From IMG/VR virus record IMGVR_UViG_2651869781_000001: 5,662 bases of DNA, one strand, 5' to 3'. The stretch is from a virus. Lineage: Duplodnaviria; Heunggongvirae; Uroviricota; Caudoviricetes. The notes beneath the pieces were generated by a model. That model searched no databases. It saw only the letters and a list, made by a program, of their open reading frames with translations, and was not told the DNA's origin. Positions 1 to 5,662 of the stretch are shown piece by piece. A program made the position numbers and the translations under genes. Positions within the stretch are counted from its first letter, which is position 1. The number at the start of each line of letters is the position of its first letter.

Positions 1-1621
1 CTCAGCGGATATGCTCGCCAGTGCGCAGAAGGCATTTGATGAGGCGGATAAAAAATGGCAGTGGTACCAGAGCCGGAGCCAGCGCCGCGGTAAAACCTCC
101 TCTTTCCGGGCCAACCTTCAGGGCGCATGGAATGACCGGGAAAATGCCCGTCTGGGGCTGGCAGCGGCCACGCTGCAGTCGGATATGGAAAAAGCCGGTG
201 AACTGGCCGCCAGGGACCGGGCCGAACGGGACGCATCACAGCTGAAGTATACCGGAGAGGCGCAGAAGGCGTATGAGCGTCTGCTGACGCCGCTGGAGAA
301 ATATACCGCCCGTCAGGAAGAACTGAATAAGGCACTGAAAGACGGGAAAATCCTGCAGGCAGATTACAACACGCTGATGGCGGCGGCGAAAAAGGACTAT
401 GAAGCGACGCTGAAAAAGCCGAAACAGTCCGGCGTGAAGGTGTCTGCGGGCGATCGTCAGGAAGACAGTGCTCATGCTGCCCTGCTGACGCTTCAGGCAG
501 AACTCCGGATGCTGGAGAAGCATGCCGGAGCGAATGAGAAAATCAGCCAGCAGCGTCGCGATTTATGGAAAGCGGAAAATCAGTATGCGGTCCTGAAAGA
601 GGCAGCCACGAAACGGCAGTTATCTGAGCAGGAAAAATCCCTGCTGGCCCATGAGAAAGAGACGCTGGAGTACAAACGCCAGCTGGCTGAGCTGGGAGAC
701 AAAGTTGAACACCAGAAACGGCTGAATCAGCTGGCACAGCAGGCTGCGCGGTTTGAGCAGCAGCAGGGCGCGAAGCAGGCGGCAATCAGTGCCCAGGCGC
801 GGGGCCTCACCGACCGTCAGGCGCAGCGGGAGTCGGAAGAGCAGCGCCTTCGTGACGTGTACGGTGATAATCCGGATGCGCTGGCGAAGGCCACATCTGC
901 ACTGAAGAACACCTGGTCTGCGGAGGAGCAGCTTCGTGGAAGCTGGATGGCCGGTCTGAAGTCCGGCTGGGGCGAGTGGGCAGAAAGTGCGACGGACAGT
1001 TTTTCGCAGGTTAAAAGCGTGGCCACGCAGACCTTTGACGGTATTGCACAGAATATGGCAGCGATGCTGACCGGCAGCGAACAGAACTGGCGTGGTTTCA
1101 CCCGTTCTGTGCTCTCCATGCTGACAGAGATTTTTCTGAAGCAGGCGATGGTGGGGATAGTCGGGAGTATCGGCAGCGCCATTGGCGGTGCTTTCGGTGG
1201 TGGTGCGTCTGCCTCCACGGGGACGGCCATTCAGGCTGCGGCGGCGAACTTCCATTTCGCGACCGGGGGATTTACGGGGACGGGGGGTAAATATGAACCT
1301 GCGGGAATTGTTCATCGCGGGGAGTTTGTCTTCACGAAGGAAGCAACCAGCCGGATTGGCGTCGGCAACCTGTACCGCCTGATGCGGGGCTATGCGGAAG
1401 GTGGTTATGTGGGCGGTGCCGGAAGTCCGGCGCAGATGCGGCGGGCTGAAGGCATTAATTTTAATCAGAACAATCACGTGGTGATTCAGAACGACGGCAC
1501 CAACGGACAGGCGGGGCCACAGATGATGAAGGCAGTGTATGACATGGCCCGCAAGGGGGCGCAGGATGAAATTCAGACACAGATGCGTGATGGTGGCCTG
1601 TTCTCCGGAGGTGGACGATGA
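1..1621 (+). CDS. H: Tail tape measure protein, C-terminal ~540 codons (5'-partial; the frame is open from position 2 and continues upstream of the window)
   Basis: Frame-2 ORF open from the window edge (codons tca gcg gat atg...) to TGA at 1619-1621. Translation ends ...QMRDGGLFSGGGR and has the coiled-coil-like Ala/Gln/Lys/Glu-rich body and Gly-rich C-terminal segment I recall for lambda gpH. Stop overlaps the next ATG as ATGA. Gene order H-M-L-K-I-J. Confidence 0.9.
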   Translation, partial: SADMLASAQKAFDEADKKWQWYQSRSQRRGKTSSFRANLQGAWNDRENARLGLAAATLQSDMEKAGELAARDRAERDASQLKYTGEAQKAYERLLTPLEKYTARQEELNKALKDGKILQADYNTLMAAAKKDYEATLKKPKQSGVKVSAGDRQEDSAHAALLTLQAELRMLEKHAGANEKISQQRRDLWKAENQYAVLKEAATKRQLSEQEKSLLAHEKETLEYKRQLAELGDKVEHQKRLNQLAQQAARFEQQQGAKQAAISAQARGLTDRQAQRESEEQRLRDVYGDNPDALAKATSALKNTWSAEEQLRGSWMAGLKSGWGEWAESATDSFSQVKSVATQTFDGIAQNMAAMLTGSEQNWRGFTRSVLSMLTEIFLKQAMVGIVGSIGSAIGGAFGGGASASTGTAIQAAAANFHFATGGFTGTGGKYEPAGIVHRGEFVFTKEATSRIGVGNLYRLMRGYAEGGYVGGAGSPAQMRRAEGINFNQNNHVVIQNDGTNGQAGPQMMKAVYDMARKGAQDEIQTQMRDGGLFSGGGR

Positions 1622-1947
1622 AAACCTTCCGCTGGAAAGTGAAACCCGGTATGGATGTGGCTTCGGCCCCTTCTGTAAGAAAGGTGCGCTTTGGTGATGG
1701 TTATTCCCAGCGAGCGCCTGCCGGGCTGAATGCCAACCTGAAAACGTACAGCGTGACGTTTTCTGTTCCCCGTTGGGAGGCCACGGCGCTTGAGTCGTTT
1801 CTGGCTGAGCACGGGGGCTGGAAATCCTTTCTGTGGACGCCGCCTTATGACTGGCGGCAGATAAAGGTGACCTGCGCAAAATGGTCGTCACGGGTCAGTA
1901 TGCTGCGTGTTGAGTTCAGCGCAGAGTTTGAACAGGTGGTGAACTGA
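1618..1947 (+). CDS. M: Tail tip assembly protein M (109 aa)
   Basis: ORF 1618-1947, 109 aa (MKTFRWKVKPGMDV...FEQVVN), matching the size and sequence I recall for lambda gpM. GGAGGTGG at 1607-1614 a few nt upstream of the ATG. Start overlaps the H stop (ATGA); stop overlaps the L start (TGATG). Confidence 0.9.
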   Translation: MKTFRWKVKPGMDVASAPSVRKVRFGDGYSQRAPAGLNANLKTYSVTFSVPRWEATALESFLAEHGGWKSFLWTPPYDWRQIKVTCAKWSSRVSMLRVEFSAEFEQVVN

Positions 1948-2645
1948 TGCAGGATATCCGGCAGGAAACACTGAATGAATGCACCCGTGCGGAGCAGTCG
2001 GTCAGCGTGGTGCTCTGGGAAATCGACCTGACAGAGGTCGGTGGAGAACGTTATTTTTTCTGTAATGAGCAGAACGAAAAAGGTGAGCCGGTCACCTGGC
2101 AGGGGCGACAGTATCAGCCGTATCCCATTCAGGGGAGTGGTTTTGAACTGAATGGCAAAGGCACCAGTACGCGCCCCACGCTGACGGTTTCTAACCTGTA
2201 CGGTATGGTCACCGGGATGGCGGAAGATATGCAGAGTCTGGTCGGCGGAACGGTGGTCCGGCGTAAGGTTTACGCCCGTTTTCTGGATGCGGTGAACTTC
2301 GTTAACGGAAACAGTGACGCCGATCCGGAGCAGGAGGTGATCAGCCGCTGGCGCATCGAGCAGTGCAGCGAACTGAGCGCGGTGAGTGCCTCCTTTGTAC
2401 TGTCCACGCCGACGGAAACAGATGGCGCTGTTTTTCCGGGACGTATCATGCTGGCCAACACCTGCACCTGGACCTATCGCGGCGATGAGTGCGGTTATCA
2501 CGGTCCGGCGGTCGCGGATGAATATGACCAGCCAACGTCCGATATCACGAAGGATAAATGCAGCAAATGCCTGAGCGGTTGTAAGTTTCGCAATAACGTC
2601 GGCAACTTTGGCGGCTTCCTTTCCATTAACAAACTTTCGCAGTAA
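1947..2645 (+). CDS. L: Tail tip protein L (232 aa), with C-terminal cysteine cluster
   Basis: ORF 1947-2645, 232 aa (MQDIRQETLNECTRAEQ...SINKLSQ), same length and sequence as recalled for lambda gpL. AGGTGG at 1934-1939, 7 nt upstream of the ATG. C-terminal Cys at residues 173, 182, 205, 208 and 212. Confidence 0.9.
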   Translation: MQDIRQETLNECTRAEQSVSVVLWEIDLTEVGGERYFFCNEQNEKGEPVTWQGRQYQPYPIQGSGFELNGKGTSTRPTLTVSNLYGMVTGMAEDMQSLVGGTVVRRKVYARFLDAVNFVNGNSDADPEQEVISRWRIEQCSELSAVSASFVLSTPTETDGAVFPGRIMLANTCTWTYRGDECGYHGPAVADEYDQPTSDITKDKCSKCLSGCKFRNNVGNFGGFLSINKLSQ

Positions 2646-2650
2646 ATCCC

Positions 2651-3394
2651 ATGACAGAGACAGAATCAGCGATTCTGGCGCACGCCCGGCGATGTGCGCC
2701 AGCGGAGTCGTGCGGCTTCGTGGTGAGAACGCCGGAGGGGGAAAGATATTTTCCCTGCGTGAATATCTCCGGTGAGCCGGAGGATTATTTCCGGATGTCG
2801 CCGGAGGACTGGCTGCAGGCAGAGATGCAGGGTGAGATTGTGGCGCTGGTCCACAGTCATCCCGGTGGTCTGCCCTGGCTGAGTGAGGCCGACCGGCGGC
2901 TGCAGGTGCAGAGTGATTTGCCGTGGTGGCTGGTCTGCCGGGGGACGATTCACAAGTTCCGCTGTGTGCCGCATCTCACCGGGCGGCGCTTTGAGCACGG
3001 GGTGACGGACTGTTACACGCTGTTCCGGGACGCTTACCATCTGGCGGGGATTGAGATGCCGGATTTTACGCGGGAGGATGACTGGTGGCGTCACGGTCAG
3101 AATCTCTATCTGGATAATCTGGAGGCAACGGGGCTGTATCAGGTGCCGTTGTCAGCGGCGCAGCCGGGCGATGTGCTGCTGTGCTGCTTTGGTTCATCGG
3201 TGCCGAATCATGCCGCTATTTACTGTGGTGACGGCGAGCTGCTGCACCATATTCCTGAACAACTGAGCAAACGAGAGAGGTATACCGACAAATGGCAGCG
3301 ACGCACACACTCCCTCTGGCGTCACCGGGCATGGCACGCATCTGCCTTTACGGGGATTTACAACGATTTGGCCGCCGCATCGACCTTCGTGTGA
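2651..3394 (+). CDS. K: Tail tip assembly protein K, JAB/MPN (JAMM) metallopeptidase-like N-terminal domain plus NlpC/P60-like C-terminal domain. Long form 247 aa from ATG 2651; the lambda reference annotation as I recall it is 199 aa, corresponding to the internal ATG at 2795.
   Basis: ORF 2651-3394 has no stop from 6 nt after the L stop. A complete JAMM signature is visible: Glu19 in an ESCGF context (2705-2707) and His68-x-His70-x7-Ser78-x2-Asp81 (VHSHPGGLPWLSEAD, 2852-2893). A downstream Cys (VTDCYTLF) and His-rich stretch (PNHAAIYCGDGELLHH) are consistent with an NlpC/P60 fold. The internal ATG at 2795 has GGAGG at 2779-2783; the ATG at 2651 has no obvious Shine-Dalgarno sequence but sits 5 nt after the L stop. 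Confidence 0.85.
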   Translation: MTETESAILAHARRCAPAESCGFVVRTPEGERYFPCVNISGEPEDYFRMSPEDWLQAEMQGEIVALVHSHPGGLPWLSEADRRLQVQSDLPWWLVCRGTIHKFRCVPHLTGRRFEHGVTDCYTLFRDAYHLAGIEMPDFTREDDWWRHGQNLYLDNLEATGLYQVPLSAAQPGDVLLCCFGSSVPNHAAIYCGDGELLHHIPEQLSKRERYTDKWQRRTHSLWRHRAWHASAFTGIYNDLAAASTFV

Positions 3395-3963
3395 AAACGG
3401 GTGCTGAAGCCATCCGGGCGCTGGCCACACAGCTTCCGGCGTTTCGTCAGAAACTGAGCGACGGTTGGTATCAGGTACGGATTGCCGGGCGGGACGTCAG
3501 CACGTCCGGGTTAACGGCGCAGTTACATGATACTCTGCCTGATGGCGCTGTGATTCATATTGTTCCCAGAGTCGCCGGGGCCAAGTCAGGTGGCGTATTC
3601 CAGATTGTCCTGGGGGCTGCCGCCATTGCCGGATCATTCTTTACCGCCGGAGCCACCCTTGCAGCATGGGGGGCAGCCATTGGGGCCGGTGGTATGACCG
3701 GCATCCTGTTTTCTCTCGGTGCCAGTATGGTGCTCGGTGGTGTGGCGCAAATGCTGGCACCGAAAGCCAGAACTCCCCGTACACAGACAACGGATAACGG
3801 CAAACAAAACACCTATTTCTCCTCACTGGATAACATGGTTGCCCAGGGCAATGTTCTGCCGGTTCTGTACGGTGAAATGCGCGTGGGGTCACGCGTGGTT
3901 TCTCAGGAGATCAGCACGGCAGACGAAGGGGACGGTGGTCAGGTTGTGGTGATTGGCCGCTGA
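3292..3963 (+). CDS. I: Tail tip assembly protein I (223 aa): N-terminal ubiquitin-like (beta-grasp) region ending in Gly-Gly, followed by a Gly/Ala-rich hydrophobic C-terminal segment
   Basis: ORF 3292-3963, 223 aa (MAATHTLPLASPGMARICLYG...QVVVIGR), same length and sequence as recalled for lambda gpI. Overlaps the 3' end of K by 103 nt in a different frame. Purine-rich GAGAGAGG at 3273-3280 upstream of the ATG. Confidence 0.88.
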   Translation: MAATHTLPLASPGMARICLYGDLQRFGRRIDLRVKTGAEAIRALATQLPAFRQKLSDGWYQVRIAGRDVSTSGLTAQLHDTLPDGAVIHIVPRVAGAKSGGVFQIVLGAAAIAGSFFTAGATLAAWGAAIGAGGMTGILFSLGASMVLGGVAQMLAPKARTPRTQTTDNGKQNTYFSSLDNMVAQGNVLPVLYGEMRVGSRVVSQEISTADEGDGGQVVVIGR

Positions 3964-3981
3964 TGCAAAATATTTCATGTG

Positions 3982-4009
3982 AAACCGCCTCCGGGCGGTT
4001 TTGTCGTTT
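3982..4009 (+). terminator. Perfect 8-bp inverted repeat (AAACCGCC / GGCGGTTT) with 4-nt loop, followed by a T-rich tract (TGTCGTTT); terminator-like or mRNA stem-loop in the I-J intergenic spacer
   Basis: Read directly: AAACCGCC at 3982-3989, loop TCCG at 3990-3993, GGCGGTTT at 3994-4001, then TGTCGTTT. The GC core of the stem is short (5 bp), so terminator function is uncertain. Confidence 0.3.
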
Positions 4010-4011
4010 AT

Positions 4012-4015
4012 GGAG
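4012..4015 (+). promoter_or_regulatory. Shine-Dalgarno sequence (GGAG) for J, 8 nt upstream of ATG 4024
   Basis: GGAG at 4012-4015 with canonical spacing to the ATG at 4024. Confidence 0.5.
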
Positions 4016-4023
4016 CATGACGA

Positions 4024-5662
4024 ATGGGCAAAGGAAGCAGTAAGGGGCATACCCCGCGCGAAGCGAAGGACAACCTGAAGTCCACGCAACTGCTGAGTGT
4101 GATTGATGCCATCAGCGAAGGGCCGGTTGAAGGTCCGGTGGATGGATTAAAAAGCGTGCTGCTGAATAGTACGCCGGTGCTGGACAGTGAGGGGAATACC
4201 AATATATCCGGCGTCACGGTGGTGTTCCGGGCCGGTGAGCAGGAGCAGACACCGCCGGAGGGATTTGAATCCTCCGGCTCCGAGACGGTGCTCGGTACAG
4301 AAGTGAAATATGACACGCCGATCACCCGGACCATCACGTCGGCAAACATCGACCGTCTGCGCCTGACCTTCGGTGTGCAGGCACTGGTGGAAACCACTTC
4401 AAAGGGGGACCGGAATCCGTCGGAAGTCCGCCTGCTGGTTCAGATACAACGTAATGGTGGCTGGGTGACGGAAAAAGACATCACCATTAAGGGCAAAACC
4501 ACCTCGCAGTATCTGGCCTCGGTAGTGGTGGGTAACCTGCCGCCGCGCCCGTTCAACATCCGGATGCGCAGGATGACGCCGGACAGCACTACAGACCAGC
4601 TGCAGAACAAAACGCTCTGGTCGTCATACACCGAAATCATCGATGTGAAACAGGGCTACCCGAACACGGCACTGGTCGGTGTACAGGTGGACCCGGAGCA
4701 GTTCGGCAGCCAGCAGGTGAGTCGTAATTATCATCTTCGCGGGCGTATTCTGCAGGTGCCGTCGAACTATAACCCGCAGACGCGGCAATACAGCGGTATC
4801 TGGGATGGAACGTTTAAACCAGCATACAGCAACAACATGGCCTGGTGTCTGTGGGATATGCTGACCCATCCGCGCTACGGCATGGGGAAACGTCTTGGTG
4901 CGGCGGATGTGGATAAATGGGCGCTGTATGTCATCGGCCAGTACTGCGACCAGTCAGTGCCGGACGGCTCTGGCGGCACGGAGCCGCGCATCACCTGTAA
5001 TGCGTACCTGACCACACAGCGCAAGGCGTGGGATGTGCTCAGTGATTTCTGCTCGGCGATGCGCTGTATGCCGGTATGGAACGGGCAGACGCTGACGTTC
5101 GTGCAGGACCGACCATCAGATAAGGTGTGGACCTATAACCGCAGTAATGTGGTGATGCCGGATGATGGCGCGCCGTTCCGCTACAGCTTCAGCGCCCTGA
5201 AGGACCGCCATAATGCCGTTGAGGTGAACTGGACTGACCCGGACAACGGCTGGGAGACGGCGACAGAGCTGGTTGAAGATACGCAGGCCATTGCCCGTTA
5301 CGGTCGTAACGTCACGAAGATGGATGCCTTTGGCTGTACCAGTCGGGGGCAGGCACACCGAGCCGGGCTGTGGCTGATTAAAACGGAACTGCTGGAAACG
5401 CAGACCGTGGACTTCAGCGTGGGTGCAGAAGGGCTTCGCCATGTGCCGGGAGACGTCATTGAAATCTGCGATGATGACTATGCGGGTATCAGCACCGGTG
5501 GTCGCGTGCTGGCGGTGAACAGCCAGACCCGGACGCTGACGCTCGACCGTGAAATCACGCTGCCAGCCTCCGGCACCACACTGATAAGCCTGGTTGACGG
5601 GACGGGGAGTCCGGTCAGCGTGGAGGTCCAGTCTGTCACCGACGGCGTGCAGGTGAAAGTGA
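4024..5662 (+). CDS. J: Central tail fibre / tip attachment protein J, N-terminal ~546 codons (3'-partial; continues beyond the window)
   Basis: Manual translation from ATG 4024 gives MGKGSSKGHTPREAKDNLKSTQLLSVIDAISEGPVEGPVDGLKSVLLNSTPVLD... and stays open to the window end. It matches my recollection of the lambda gpJ N-terminus. It is not in the ORF track because there is no stop within the window. Preceded by GGAG and located 60 nt after the I stop, as in lambda. Confidence 0.9.
   Translation, partial: MGKGSSKGHTPREAKDNLKSTQLLSVIDAISEGPVEGPVDGLKSVLLNSTPVLDSEGNTNISGVTVVFRAGEQEQTPPEGFESSGSETVLGTEVKYDTPITRTITSANIDRLRLTFGVQALVETTSKGDRNPSEVRLLVQIQRNGGWVTEKDITIKGKTTSQYLASVVVGNLPPRPFNIRMRRMTPDSTTDQLQNKTLWSSYTEIIDVKQGYPNTALVGVQVDPEQFGSQQVSRNYHLRGRILQVPSNYNPQTRQYSGIWDGTFKPAYSNNMAWCLWDMLTHPRYGMGKRLGAADVDKWALYVIGQYCDQSVPDGSGGTEPRITCNAYLTTQRKAWDVLSDFCSAMRCMPVWNGQTLTFVQDRPSDKVWTYNRSNVVMPDDGAPFRYSFSALKDRHNAVEVNWTDPDNGWETATELVEDTQAIARYGRNVTKMDAFGCTSRGQAHRAGLWLIKTELLETQTVDFSVGAEGLRHVPGDVIEICDDDYAGISTGGRVLAVNSQTRTLTLDREITLPASGTTLISLVDGTGSPVSVEVQSVTDGVQVKV

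Noticed and set aside
620-1891. 423-aa ORF on the minus strand, antisense to H and M
   Set aside because: It lies fully inside well-supported + strand genes. Its translation is Arg/Pro/Leu/Ser-rich low-complexity sequence typical of the reverse complement of GC-rich, Ala/Gln-rich coding sequence (GCN and CAG codons give stop-free antisense frames). No recognisable motifs or ribosome-binding site.
2666-3094. 142-aa minus-strand ORF antisense to K
   Set aside because: Antisense to the conserved JAB/NlpC-P60 coding region; Pro/Arg-rich translation with no domain-like features. Most likely a GC-content artefact.
3292-3394. Programmed -1 ribosomal frameshift producing a K-I fusion
   Set aside because: No X-XXY-YYZ slippery heptamer or obvious downstream pseudoknot seen in the overlap. 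I has its own ATG and purine-rich upstream sequence. Kept only as a low-interest note.
21-3952. Short alternate-frame + strand ORFs (e.g. 21-245, 1182-1382, 2386-2574, 3051-3266, 3719-3952)
   Set aside because: Each is embedded out of frame within a longer, well-supported gene (H, L, K or I). Translations are Arg/Cys/Trp-rich as expected from frame-shifted GC-rich sequence.
4017-4043. Alternative J start at ATG 4017
   Set aside because: Out of frame with J; it terminates at TAA 4041-4043 after 8 codons. The ATG at 4024 gives the MGKGSSKGHTPREAK N-terminus and has GGAG at the correct spacing.
4008-5442. Several minus-strand ORFs (4008-4397, 4440-4640, 4624-4869, 5116-5442) inside the J region
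   Set aside because: All are antisense to the continuous J reading frame, whose translation matches lambda gpJ. Short, compositionally biased, and lacking start contexts.
1-5662. Chi recombination hotspot octamer (GCTGGTGG or its complement)
   Set aside because: A visual spot-check found only near-misses (e.g. ACTGGTGG at ~3084 and ~4382). The scan was not exhaustive and absence would be unremarkable for lambda, so nothing is reported.
1-5662. tRNA, rRNA, CRISPR repeats, IS elements or attachment-site repeats
   Set aside because: The window is almost entirely protein-coding on one strand, with one 60-nt spacer. No repeated spacer-repeat arrays, terminal inverted repeats or tRNA-like structures were noticed.

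Overview
This window is a contiguous block of the late (tail) operon of a lambda-like siphovirus, all on the + strand and tightly packed: the 3' part of the tape measure gene H, then M, L, K, I, and the 5' part of the central tail fibre gene J. The translations match my recollection of phage lambda gpH, gpM, gpL, gpK, gpI and gpJ closely, so I read this as lambda itself or a near-identical lambdoid prophage (probably enterobacterial). It is a well-described system, not a novel one. I could not run any alignment or search; all calls rest on reading the sequence and the supplied ORF track. J is absent from the ORF track only because it runs off the window end without a stop. The points most worth a second look are the true start of K, the K (JAB/MPN + NlpC/P60) and I (ubiquitin-like, Gly-Gly) pairing, the cysteine cluster in L, and a hairpin between I and J. 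All minus-strand and alternate-frame ORFs in the track look like artefacts of GC-rich coding sequence. I saw no tRNA, rRNA, CRISPR array or IS element.
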